A stretch of 30,600 nucleotides of DNA from Armatimonadota bacterium (GTDB taxonomy: Bacteria; Armatimonadota; Zipacnadia; Zipacnadales; UBA5352), in the NCBI GenBank assembly GCA_034722055.1, contig JAYENL010000095.1:1-30600 (forward strand), given 5' to 3'. The first letter of the stretch is position 1. Every line of letters starts with the position of its first letter. Both the position numbers and the translations under genes were made by a program. Positions 21,504 through 30,559 of the stretch are shown here, piece after piece. The notes beneath the pieces were generated by a model. That model saw only the letters and a list, made by a program, of their open reading frames with translations. It searched no databases and was not told where the DNA came from.

Positions 21504-23435
21504 ATGGCGGAGCGACCGCTGCGACGCAGGGACGCGTTCTTCGGGCTGCACTTCGACCTGCACGCGAACGAGAGCGACGAGGCGCTCGGCGCGGAGACCA
21601 CGGAGCAGAACATCCGCGAGCTGATGCAGCGCGTGCGTCCCGACTGGGTGCAGTGGGACTGCAAGGGCCACCCGGGATATGCCAGCTACCCCACGGAGGT
21701 GGGCTGGTCGGCCCCGGGCATCGAGGGGGATGCGCTGGCGGTGCTGCGGGAGGTCACGCGCGAGATGGGCGTGGCGCTGCTGGTGCACTACTCGGGGGTG
21801 ATGGACCAGAAGGCCATCGAGGAGCACCCGGAGTGGGCCGCGCGGACCGCCGACCGCGAGCCCGACGAGCGCGCCACCAGCACCTTCGGCGACTATGTCG
21901 ATGAGCTGATGATCCCCCAGCTCCGGGAGGTCGTGGAGAAGTACGACATCGACGGCCTGTGGGTGGACGGTGACTGCTGGGCAGCGGTGCTGGACTACTG
22001 CCCGCGCGCCGTGGAGCAATGGCGTGAGGAGACCGGCCTGGAGCCGCCGGCCGGTCCCGATGACGAGGGCTGGCATCAGTGGAAGGACTTCCACCGCGAG
22101 CAGTTCCTGCGCTACCTGCGGCACTGGGTGGATGCGCTGCACGAGGTCAAGCCTGACCTGGACATCACCAGCAACTGGATGTACTCCACCTATGCTCCCG
22201 TGGAGCCGGAGGTGGATCTGGACTACCTCTCCGGCGACTTCTCGCCGACCGGCTCGTGCGACCGGGCGCGGCTGGAGGCGCGCTACTTCGCCAGCACCGG
22301 CAAGCCCTGGGACCTGATGGCATGGGGCTTCAACCGCCACTCGGCCGGGCGGCTGCACAAGCCGCCGGTGCAACTGATGCAGGAGGCCGGCGTGGTCCTC
22401 AGTCAGGGCGGGGCCTTCCAGTACTACTACCAGCCCACCCGCGCAGGTCGCGTGCCCAGCCAGTTCATCGACACCGCCGCGGAGGTCGCCGGGTTCTGCC
22501 GGGCGCGCCAGCTTATCACCCAGGGCAGCACCTCCGTCCCGCAGGTGGCGCTGCTGCTGCCCACCGACGACATGATGCGGCGCTCCGACCGCGTGTTCCA
22601 GACCGGCGGCGTCCGCGAGCACGTGGAGGGCGCCCTGCACGCGCTGCTGGAGCTGCACTACTCCGTGGACGTGCTGGCGGAGTGGGGCTTGATGGCACGG
22701 CTGGAGGAGTTCCCGCTGGTGGTGGTTCCTGATGCGCAGACGCTGGCGGCTCAGGTCCGCGACGCCTTGGTGCAGTACGTGCGCTCCGGCGGGAGCCTGC
22801 TGCTCATCGGCCCCCACGTGGCCGGCATGTTCGCCACGGAGCTGAGCGTGCGGCTCGATGGCGCGCCGAAGGAGGAGACCGCGTACCTGACCTCGCCGAT
22901 GGGGATGGGCGCCTCGCAGGGGCTGTGGCAGGCGGTGACGCACGTGGAGGCCGACGGGGTGGCGCTGCGCTTCCCGACCTTCGAGCCGCGGCACGGCGTG
23001 CCGGCCGCCACGGTAGCGGAGCTTGGCGACGGGATGATCGGCGCTGCATGGGGTCAGGTGGGCGCGGAGTACCGGCGCTCGCATCATCCGGCGCTGCGGC
23101 ACCTCATCGGCGAGCTGGCCGAGCGGCTGTTCCCGACGCCCGACGTGTCCATCGTCGGGCCGCCGAGCGTGGAGATGGCGCTGCGGCGCACGGCCGACGG
23201 CCGGCTCGCGCTGCACATGCTCAACCTCAGCAACGCGCAGCGCGCCGACAGCCACCTGGCGGTGGAGCACGTGCCGGAGGTGGGGCCCATCGGCGTGGAG
23301 CTGGCCGTCGAGGACGAGCCATCGGCTGTCACGTGGGAGCCCGACGGCGAGGCGCTGCAGTGGTCATGGGCCGATGGAGTGCTGAGCGCCGCGGTGCCGG
23401 GCGTGCACATCCACGGCGCGGTCGTGGTGTCATAG
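21504..23435 (+). CDS. Putative glycoside hydrolase (GH29/GHL6-like TIM barrel plus beta-galactosidase trimerisation-like domain)
   Basis: FGLHFDLH, WDCKGHPGYASYPT, YDIDGLWVDG, and C-terminal L.EFPLVVVPD…L.QYV.SGG.LL. No signal peptide. AAGGAG RBS. Confidence 0.7.
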   Translation: MAERPLRRRDAFFGLHFDLHANESDEALGAETTEQNIRELMQRVRPDWVQWDCKGHPGYASYPTEVGWSAPGIEGDALAVLREVTREMGVALLVHYSGVMDQKAIEEHPEWAARTADREPDERATSTFGDYVDELMIPQLREVVEKYDIDGLWVDGDCWAAVLDYCPRAVEQWREETGLEPPAGPDDEGWHQWKDFHREQFLRYLRHWVDALHEVKPDLDITSNWMYSTYAPVEPEVDLDYLSGDFSPTGSCDRARLEARYFASTGKPWDLMAWGFNRHSAGRLHKPPVQLMQEAGVVLSQGGAFQYYYQPTRAGRVPSQFIDTAAEVAGFCRARQLITQGSTSVPQVALLLPTDDMMRRSDRVFQTGGVREHVEGALHALLELHYSVDVLAEWGLMARLEEFPLVVVPDAQTLAAQVRDALVQYVRSGGSLLLIGPHVAGMFATELSVRLDGAPKEETAYLTSPMGMGASQGLWQAVTHVEADGVALRFPTFEPRHGVPAATVAELGDGMIGAAWGQVGAEYRRSHHPALRHLIGELAERLFPTPDVSIVGPPSVEMALRRTADGRLALHMLNLSNAQRADSHLAVEHVPEVGPIGVELAVEDEPSAVTWEPDGEALQWSWADGVLSAAVPGVHIHGAVVVS

Positions 23436-23465
23436 ACCCGCGAGACGACTGACGGAGGTGCTGCC

Positions 23466-24413
23466 ATGCACGAGCTGGGAGCGTCGGCGTGCTGTGTGTT
23501 GTGCCTGCTGCTTGCGACGCAGGCGGGCGGGCAGGGGGAGCTGCCGGAGGGCACGTGGGAGCTCGTGACCGAGCACGCGCAGTTTGGCCCCCGCGACACC
23601 GCCGAGCCGCTGGTCTACGACGGGAGGATGTGGCTCAGCAACGGCTACTACCACGGGAACGCGCTCTACCCCGACCTGTGGGTCTCCGAGGATGGCAGGG
23701 ACTGGCGCTGCGTGCTGGAGCACACCCCCTATGATCCCTACTCGGAGATGGTGGTCTACGACGGGAAGATGTGGGCGATCAAGGGCAGCGTCTGGACCTC
23801 CACCGATGGCGAGAGCTGGCAGCAGGTGCTGGAGGAGACGCCCTTCGGCGTGCGCGGCTACGGGGAGGTGCTGGTGCACGAGGGCAAGATCTGGCAGCTC
23901 GGCGGCTCGGACATCTGGACCACCACCGACGGCGTCAACTGGACGCGCGTGGCCCAGGATCTCCCCTACGGCGGGCGCTCGGGCTCCACGATCCTGTCCT
24001 TCGACGGCAAGCTGTGGCTGATCGCGGGCAGAGTGCCGGTGCGCAGCGACCCGCCCGAGAGCGGCTACGAGAACATCACAACCCACAACGACGTGTGGCG
24101 CTCAGCGGACGGGGTGACGTGGGAGCGGGTGCTGGAGCACGCGCCGTGGACGCCGCGGATGTGGGTGTGCGGCGAGGTCTACCGCGACCATATGTTCATC
24201 ATCGGCGGGTATGACAACCGCAACGAGGCGAACTTCGGCGACATCTGGTACAGCGCGGACGGCGTGACCTGGCACGAGCTGCCCACGCCCGAGGGCTACA
24301 AGGGCCGCCACGAGGTCTCGCCCTACGTGTTCCAGGACAGCCTGTGGGTCGTCGCCGGGAACACCTGGCCGGTGGTCAATGACGTCTGGCGACTGACCAT
24401 CCCCGAGGAGTGA
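23466..24413 (+). CDS. Secreted Kelch/BNR-like beta-propeller protein
   Basis: Signal peptide and repeated units of V(Y/F)DGK(M/L)W…GG…D(V/I)W.S.DG..W. GGAGG RBS. Confidence 0.8.
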   Translation: MHELGASACCVLCLLLATQAGGQGELPEGTWELVTEHAQFGPRDTAEPLVYDGRMWLSNGYYHGNALYPDLWVSEDGRDWRCVLEHTPYDPYSEMVVYDGKMWAIKGSVWTSTDGESWQQVLEETPFGVRGYGEVLVHEGKIWQLGGSDIWTTTDGVNWTRVAQDLPYGGRSGSTILSFDGKLWLIAGRVPVRSDPPESGYENITTHNDVWRSADGVTWERVLEHAPWTPRMWVCGEVYRDHMFIIGGYDNRNEANFGDIWYSADGVTWHELPTPEGYKGRHEVSPYVFQDSLWVVAGNTWPVVNDVWRLTIPEE

Positions 24414-26611
24414 TGCCGGTGGCTCGCGGACTGTGCGCCCTGGCGCTGGCTGTGATGCTGATTGCGGCCCAGGCCGCGGCACAGCAGGTGACCTCGTTCG
24501 AGAGCGATGACTGGACGGAGCGGTTCCAGCCGGGCAACGTGACTGCCGAGCGGGTGCGCGAGCACGCCACGGACGGCGAATGGGCGCTGCGGGTGCTGTT
24601 CCCGGGCGCGGAGGAGGACACCTGGCCGGGGATCAGCTTCTTCCCGCAGGTGGACACCACCGACAAGCAGGTCCTGATGTTCGACGTCTTCAACCCCGCG
24701 GAGGAGCCGGTGCATCTCTCCTGGCGGCTGGACCTGGCCGACGAGAGCACGCAGTTCGGGGGCACCAGCGTGGAGCCGGGGGCATCGACCGTCGAGCTGT
24801 GGGTCTCGGGCCTCGGCCCCCTCACGCGCATCTACCCCTACTTCCGCATGCCCCGCGCCGATCACGTCCTGTTCTTCGACAACGTCCGCTGGGCCACGGT
24901 CGAGGACCGATTCCGGCCGCTGGTCTATGTGGATGACGCCGAGCCGCCGACGCCCACCGACCTGGAGGGGGAGCGCGGCTTCATCCTCTTCCGCCGGCCG
25001 CTGACGGACGTGGTCTTCGCGAACAGCCCGCCGCGGCCACGCGAGCGCATCGAGACGGTTGACGTCTTCGCCACGCCCGACGAGTACGAGCCGGCGACGC
25101 TGGCGATCTTCGCGCTGGAGGACCTGACCGGGCTGGAGGTGCGCTTCGAGGGCGTGCCCGCCGCGGGCGAGGTGCTGCCTGTCCGCTGCCTCAACAAGCG
25201 CGTGACGTATCACTCCGACGAGTACATCCGCGACATGCCGGTCCTGTGCGAGCGGCGCAAGGCGGTGGACGTCGCGGCCGGCGAGTCCAGGCGCTTCGTG
25301 ATCGACCTGCACATCGACGAGAACGCCCCGCCGGGCATCCACCGGGGGACGGTGATTATCTCCCGCGATGGCGCCGAGCCGGTGCGGGTGCCCATGCGCG
25401 TGCGCGTGCTGCCCTACCGGCTCGCGGAGCCGGCGGACATGTTCTGGGGCGAGTACTACACCGGGCCGAAGCTGGTGGAGGGCGAGGAGCAGGCGCTGGC
25501 GCAGATGCGCCGGGACCTTGCCGACCAGCGCGCGCACGGCATGAGCTCGGTGGGGCTCACCTTCGGCCTTTCCACCGACAGCGTGACGTGGCGCGAGGAC
25601 GGAAGCTGCGAGATCGAGCCCGAGGGAACGCGCTACGCGGCCTTCATGGACATGTACGTGGAGCTGGGCTTCCCGATGCCGGTGATCCTGCTTGGCGACA
25701 GCGGCCAGGCCGCGGCCGGGAAGGCCGGTGACTTCGCCGTGGACAGCGAGGAGTGGGCCCGGCACTACCAGGCCTTCTGGCGCGCCATGCAGGCCGAGCA
25801 TCGGCGGCGCGGGTGGCCCGAGGTCATCGTCCAGCCCGTCGATGAGCCCGGCTGGCAGAGCCGCGAGAAGCAGCTCCGCAACGTGCGCTGCCTGAGGCTG
25901 CTCAAGGAGATTCCGGGCATGCGCACCGAGCAGGACGGCCCGGGCGATGAGTACTTCCACACCGAGGCCGGGCCGTGGGCGGACGTGTGGAACTACAACG
26001 GCGGGATCGCGGAGCGGGAGGTCGTGCAGGAGGCGCGGGACGCGAGCAAGATCGTGACGATCTACAATTGTGACGTGGAGAGCTACCGGCCGGAGGTGGA
26101 TCGCTACGTGGCCGGCTGGTTCCAGACCGCCGCCGGCATCAGCGGCTGCTACAACTGGGCCTACATGTCCTGGCGCGGCAGTCCCTACGACGACCTCGAC
26201 CACGGCACCGGCACATGGATGCACGTCTATCCGCCGATGGGCGAGGAGCAGGGCGGACCGTCCACGGGCTGGATCGGCGCGCGCGAGGGCGTGGATGACT
26301 ATCGCTACGTGCACACGCTGCGCCAGGCCATCCGGCGCGCTGAGGCCGCCGGCGGCGAGGCCCGCGCCGCCGCCCGCGAGGCCCGGAGGGAGCTGGATGG
26401 CATCGTCGCGAGCATCGACTACGATCCCCGGGTCCGCGGGACCGCGCGCTGGACAGGGGCCGGCGCCCTGCGGGACGGCACGAAGACCATCGGGGGGACG
26501 CTGAAGCTGCCTAATGGCTGGCGGCACGCCGACTACCTGGTCAATCGCTGGCTGGTGGCGCAGGCCACGATGCGCGTGCTGGAGGCGCTGGGCGAGATCC
26601 CGGAGCAGTAG
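24413..26611 (+). CDS. Secreted putative glycoside hydrolase (GH123/DUF4091-like)
   Basis: Signal peptide (AAA-QQ), DEYEPA, PVDEP motif, GCYNWAY, VYP…GPS..W…REGVDDYRY. Coupled to the upstream gene through TGATG. Confidence 0.65.
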   Translation: MPVARGLCALALAVMLIAAQAAAQQVTSFESDDWTERFQPGNVTAERVREHATDGEWALRVLFPGAEEDTWPGISFFPQVDTTDKQVLMFDVFNPAEEPVHLSWRLDLADESTQFGGTSVEPGASTVELWVSGLGPLTRIYPYFRMPRADHVLFFDNVRWATVEDRFRPLVYVDDAEPPTPTDLEGERGFILFRRPLTDVVFANSPPRPRERIETVDVFATPDEYEPATLAIFALEDLTGLEVRFEGVPAAGEVLPVRCLNKRVTYHSDEYIRDMPVLCERRKAVDVAAGESRRFVIDLHIDENAPPGIHRGTVIISRDGAEPVRVPMRVRVLPYRLAEPADMFWGEYYTGPKLVEGEEQALAQMRRDLADQRAHGMSSVGLTFGLSTDSVTWREDGSCEIEPEGTRYAAFMDMYVELGFPMPVILLGDSGQAAAGKAGDFAVDSEEWARHYQAFWRAMQAEHRRRGWPEVIVQPVDEPGWQSREKQLRNVRCLRLLKEIPGMRTEQDGPGDEYFHTEAGPWADVWNYNGGIAEREVVQEARDASKIVTIYNCDVESYRPEVDRYVAGWFQTAAGISGCYNWAYMSWRGSPYDDLDHGTGTWMHVYPPMGEEQGGPSTGWIGAREGVDDYRYVHTLRQAIRRAEAAGGEARAAAREARRELDGIVASIDYDPRVRGTARWTGAGALRDGTKTIGGTLKLPNGWRHADYLVNRWLVAQATMRVLEALGEIPEQ

Positions 26612-26620
26612 ACACAGGTG

Positions 26621-26757
26621 CCGCTGACGACAGCGCGACCCATGCCGCGCATGGCTCGCGCCTGGGTCGACTTTCGGTGTCGGCGTGGAGGGGCCGCCGG
26701 AGGGCGACCGCCCTCGGCCCTGCGGCGGCCGAGACGATGCACGCCGACCGGCAGCGG
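26621..26757. repeat. Nested palindromic intergenic element between convergent operons, sharing a 23-mer with the element at 12-34
   Basis: Stems CCGCTG/CAGCGG, CGACCCA/TGGGTCG, GTCGGCGTG/CACGCCGAC, GGCCGCCG/CGGCGGCC; CGTGGAGGGGCCGCCGGAGGGCG at 26684-26706. Confidence 0.55.
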
Positions 26758-26795
26758 CCCGTCCGGCAGGCTACCTCCGGCCGCAGGTCAGGCCC

Positions 26796-27494
26796 TCACG
26801 GTGATGGATCGAAGTACGTATCATTGCCGTTGTCGTAGAGCACCTGGTAACCCATCGCCTTCGCATGGCCATCGACGAAGCCGACGTTCCCCTGCTGGTT
26901 GTGGCGCACGCAGAAGTTGAAGGTGTACTCGTACGGGATGTTGTGATCCCAGGTGTCATGGTCGCTGCCATCCGGGGCGTCGCCGCGCATGCCACTCGAT
27001 GGCGGGAAGATCTGCCAGGTCAGCCACGCGATGTTCGGCGTGATGTCCGCGACCGTCACACACGAGGCGGGCTGCTTCACCTGTGCCAGTGAGGGCGGGG
27101 TGGAGCCATGGAGGCAGAGGTACGCGTTCATGCCGTAGCTGCGCGAGCCCTTGTAGTAGATCCCGTATAGATCGTGCTTGACTGATGCGGGCCCCTGACT
27201 GGGGCAGTCATAGACCTGCACATTCTTCACATAGGGGTAGACCGCTCCCGACCAGGTATAGCGGTCGTAGAAGTTCGTCCGGTTCACAAATCCCAGGGGG
27301 AAGTGCTCGTCATAGTCCTGGACGTACATCAGCACTCCCATATTGATCTGCTTGACGTTGGAGAGACAGCTCGATTGCCGTGCCTTCTCGCGCGCCCTTG
27401 CGAAGACGGGAAACAGGATCGCTGCCAGGATCGCGATGATCGCGATCACGACCAGCAGTTCGATGAGGGTGAAGCCACGCCTGTGGGTGAACAT
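26796..27494 (-). CDS. DUF1559-family prepilin-type N-terminal cleavage/methylation protein with H-X9-DG motif (copy A)
   Basis: [44 protein letters not shown]…[27 protein letters not shown]. Start at 27494 after GGAGGG. Confidence 0.92.
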   Translation of the reverse strand: MFTHRRGFTLIELLVVIAIIAILAAILFPVFARAREKARQSSCLSNVKQINMGVLMYVQDYDEHFPLGFVNRTNFYDRYTWSGAVYPYVKNVQVYDCPSQGPASVKHDLYGIYYKGSRSYGMNAYLCLHGSTPPSLAQVKQPASCVTVADITPNIAWLTWQIFPPSSGMRGDAPDGSDHDTWDHNIPYEYTFNFCVRHNQQGNVGFVDGHAKAMGYQVLYDNGNDTYFDPSP

Positions 27495-27622
27495 AATCGT
27501 CCCTCCTGCTTGTTTGGCGCAGGGGGGGGACGTGATACAATCGCTGCGGCGGCGTGGCGATTGCCACGTCCCCCCGGGCTCGCAGCGCGTTGCCGCGCGC
27601 TGCGGGCCTTTGTATTGCGCCG
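27495..27622 (-). promoter_or_regulatory. Conserved structured 5' leader, copy A
   Basis: Near-identical to 29630-29754 and 30560-30600; two long hairpins plus an alternative anti-SD helix. Confidence 0.7.
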
Positions 27623-28078
27623 CGTTCTGACCTGAGGTGCTCTCAGACCGAAGGCATCTCAGGAGAGCAGTACTGCCCTTCATATTGTTGCCTGGCGCAG
27701 CAGTTCCTTCGCGAGGTGCACGTTAAATTGCTGCGGCAATCTGCAACATTTGGGAGCGGCAGTGCCCGTGCGGGCTCACATAGAGCAGGCGCGGAGGCGC
27801 AGGGTCTCGTCGGCGAGGGTAGGCTGCCGCCGGCCTGCCCCTGTGGTCGGCCTACCAGTGGGCTATGTCCTGCCTGTGACCCGCGACCGCGCTGGACACG
27901 CGGCACTCAGGAGGCGATGGGGAGGGGCCGGCTGTGGCCCGTTGGCTTTCTTGATGCGGCTGCTGTGCGTGCGCCCTGCGCGTACGGCGCATGGTCGTGA
28001 CCGGCGCTGAAAGGACATCCACGAGGCCGGCGCTCTCGCGTTCCTGTTCCGCGCCGCGGCGCAGGCCTGCCCTCAGGC

Positions 28079-28780
28079 TCAGTATTTCGCGATGATGCTC
28101 TCGGCCTTCTCCCACTTCGCGTGCCCGTCGAAGAATGCGATGTTGCTTCCACCGTTGTGCGCGGTCGCGTCCACGTTGGGGTTGTCCTCCAGGTAGGTCT
28201 CCCAGTTGCAGTTATTGGGATAGCCCATCCGCGGGAATGCGAAGCAGCGAGACGGTCCGAGGAAGTTCGGGTAGACGCTATCGGCCCACGCGGGCGTCTC
28301 CGCGGGCGCGAGCATCTCCGCGATCGGATAGCCGCCGACCTCGCGATGGCTGGGGCCGTATCCGAGCGTGAGGCCGTCGAACTCATCCGGGTACGCCGCC
28401 GACGCCCACATCGGGTGCCCATCCTTGTGCCAGGGCTTGCGCCCCGTGCGGGACGGGCAGACCCAGACCTGCTTGTTCTTGATATATGGATCGAGCAGAG
28501 CCTGCGGTGCCAGCGCCGCGAGCCAGGGCTCCCAGCCATAGTGGTCGGCGCGAACGACAGTCCCGTCGGGCAGGTGGGTTGACGGCATCCACACCTGATC
28601 GTAGTCCGAGATGTACATCATCGACGCCATGCCGATCTGCTTGAGGTTAGAGAGGCAGCTCGCCTGCCGTGCCTTCTCGCGCGCCCGTGCGAATACCGGG
28701 AAGAGGATCGCTGCCAGGATCGCGATAATCGCGATCACGACCAGCAGCTCAATGAGTGTGAAGCCTCTGCGCGTGCACAT
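28079..28780 (-). CDS. DUF1559-family prepilin-type protein with H-X9-DG motif (copy C)
   Basis: [12 protein letters not shown]…CLSNLKQ…[31 protein letters not shown]; start at 28780. Lacks the shared leader. Confidence 0.92.
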   Translation of the reverse strand: MCTRRGFTLIELLVVIAIIAILAAILFPVFARAREKARQASCLSNLKQIGMASMMYISDYDQVWMPSTHLPDGTVVRADHYGWEPWLAALAPQALLDPYIKNKQVWVCPSRTGRKPWHKDGHPMWASAAYPDEFDGLTLGYGPSHREVGGYPIAEMLAPAETPAWADSVYPNFLGPSRCFAFPRMGYPNNCNWETYLEDNPNVDATAHNGGSNIAFFDGHAKWEKAESIIAKY

Positions 28781-28897
28781 ACTATCTCCTCCTTCGACCT
28801 GACGATCTGGTACCGTTGCCACGCACTGACGGAAGAGCTGTGGCCTGACGGCACTTGAGCCGCGTCATCATGGGCTGGGCAGACCTGCCGGCTTCCT

Positions 28898-29629
28898 TCA
28901 CATCCACGGCTCGGCATCGTGCAGCGTGTTCCACCATGTCGTTATGGTCAGGCTCTTGACATGGCCGTCGAGGAACGCTGCGTTCATCGGTGCGTTCGCG
29001 CCCTCTCCGTGTGGCGACCTGAAGACGGTGCACTGTGGGAACACCCGATAGAGGTTTGCGCCCACGCCCTCCCCACCCCAGGTGATCGCATCCTGCCAGA
29101 TGGGGAAGTTGGTCGGCGACACGTTCAGGTCCGCTTCCGTGGCACCGTCGATCGGCTTCCAGTTACTCGAGACGTGGTTGGTGATCACGAGGCTACACAG
29201 GTAGGAGGTCTGGTCGCCGTTCTGGGGGTCAACCGGGCGCATGGCGGGGCAGCGCCAGAGCTCCCAGTTCTTCACATATGGCTGCAGGCGCCAGTGCACG
29301 TAGCCGTTGCGCACGCCCTGGGGTGCGGACGGGGGAGGAGAGCTGTCCTTGTTCTGACTCCAGGCGCTCTTGCAGCAGCCGGCCTCGTTGCTGTGTGCCC
29401 GCGGGCCGATGATGGACCCGTGCGTCGCGATGGGCATGCGCTCGTCGTAGTCCTGCATGTACATTCTCATGGCGAGAGCGATCTGCTTGAGATTCGACGA
29501 GCAGCTCGTCTGCATGGCCTTCTCGCGGGCTCTGGCGAAGACGGGGAACAGGATGGCTGCCAGGATCGCGATGATCGCGATCACGACCAGCAGTTCGATG
29601 AGGGTGAAGCCACGCCTGTCGGTAAACAT
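28898..29629 (-). CDS. DUF1559-family prepilin-type protein (copy B; longer H…DG spacing)
   Basis: [12 protein letters not shown]…CSSNLKQ…[27 protein letters not shown]. Start at 29629. Confidence 0.92.
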   Translation of the reverse strand: MFTDRRGFTLIELLVVIAIIAILAAILFPVFARAREKAMQTSCSSNLKQIALAMRMYMQDYDERMPIATHGSIIGPRAHSNEAGCCKSAWSQNKDSSPPPSAPQGVRNGYVHWRLQPYVKNWELWRCPAMRPVDPQNGDQTSYLCSLVITNHVSSNWKPIDGATEADLNVSPTNFPIWQDAITWGGEGVGANLYRVFPQCTVFRSPHGEGANAPMNAAFLDGHVKSLTITTWWNTLHDAEPWM

Positions 29630-29754
29630 AATCGTCCCTCCTGCTTGCTGGCGCAGGGGGGGACGTGATACAATCGCTACAGGCGGCGTGGCGATTGCCA
29701 CGTCCCCCGGGCCCGTAGCGCGTTGCCGCGCGCTGCGGGCCTTTCGTTGCACCG
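29630..29754 (-). promoter_or_regulatory. Conserved structured 5' leader, copy B
   Basis: Same element as 27495-27622. Confidence 0.7.
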
Positions 29755-29923
29755 ATTGATCCTTACATCAGTCCGCTGTACGTCCCGCCACATCAATTTA
29801 TTCCCGATTCCTTAAACGACCCGAATGCCGCGGCGGTTCCTGACCGCTGGCGACGCTGAACGTGCAGGGCAGGCGGCGGGCGCCTTCTGAGCTTACACCG
29901 CCGAAGGCACAGGGGTCGCCGGC

Positions 29924-30559
29924 TCAATCGTCGGGATCCGGGGTCCACATGTCCGGATCCAGCGTCTGATCAACCTGGAGCCACTTCGCGTGTCCGTCGA
30001 AGAACCCGTAGTTGGCACCGCCGTTATGCACTTTGTCTACTCCCTCGTTCGTGATCGGATTGCAGTATGTCCCCTCGTGATAGGGAGGGCAGACGCGATG
30101 TCCAGAGTATGACGGCCTCTCGGCGAAGGCGATCGTCTCTGCCGGTGCAGGAAGCTTCGCCAGCTTCAGCACGTCGCCGCTGCCGTGGTAGGACTGAGCG
30201 CTGATGTTGCGCTCGCAGTTCATCGCGTAGCTCAGCCAGCTGTTGTGGGGCGACGAGGGGCAGGTGAAGAGCTGCTGGTTCTTGATGTAGGGGACGATCG
30301 CCTCGTACCACTCGATGCGATCGACCCAGCTACCGTTCAGCTCGACATCGTAGTAGCGGTTGATGTAGACCTCGTCGTAGTCGGAGGCGTACATCGATGC
30401 GCCCAGCATGATCTGCTTGACGTTGCTGAGACAGGCTGTCTGCCGTGCCTTCTCGCGCGCCCTTGCGAATACCGGGAACAGGATGGCTGCCAGGATCGCG
30501 ATGATCGCGATCACGACCAGCAGTTCGATGAGGGTGAAGCCACGCCTGTCGGTAAACAT
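29924..30559 (-). CDS. DUF1559-family prepilin-type protein with H-X9-DG motif (copy D)
   Basis: [12 protein letters not shown]…CLSNVKQ…[27 protein letters not shown]. Confidence 0.92.
   Translation of the reverse strand: MFTDRRGFTLIELLVVIAIIAILAAILFPVFARAREKARQTACLSNVKQIMLGASMYASDYDEVYINRYYDVELNGSWVDRIEWYEAIVPYIKNQQLFTCPSSPHNSWLSYAMNCERNISAQSYHGSGDVLKLAKLPAPAETIAFAERPSYSGHRVCPPYHEGTYCNPITNEGVDKVHNGGANYGFFDGHAKWLQVDQTLDPDMWTPDPDD

Noticed and set aside
21496..21504. Mini-ORF ATGAGCTGA overlapping the hydrolase start
   Set aside because: Only 2 nt from the AAGGAG SD; ATG 21504 has normal spacing, so it is probably coincidental.
24390..26611. IPEE/IPEQ C-termini of the Kelch and GH123-like proteins as PEP-CTERM signals
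   Set aside because: No TM helix or basic cluster follows, so they are not exosortase sorting signals.
27625..27670. Glycine-riboswitch-like words (CTCTCAG, CCGAAGG, CTCAGG, GGAGAG)
   Set aside because: Wrong order, incomplete, and on the strand opposite the downstream gene.
27495..27683. Upstream extensions of DUF1559 ORFs (to 27683, 28822 and 29752)
   Set aside because: Strong SDs precede the short class III signal peptides (MFTxRRG/F, MCTRRG/F). The extensions read through the non-coding leader, whose copies differ by indels.
27495..27700. c-di-GMP-I/II riboswitch as the identity of the leader
   Set aside because: The GGCAAAC…GACGCAAA core (class I) and GGAA…UGGGCAC…GUGCAACC core (class II) are not present.
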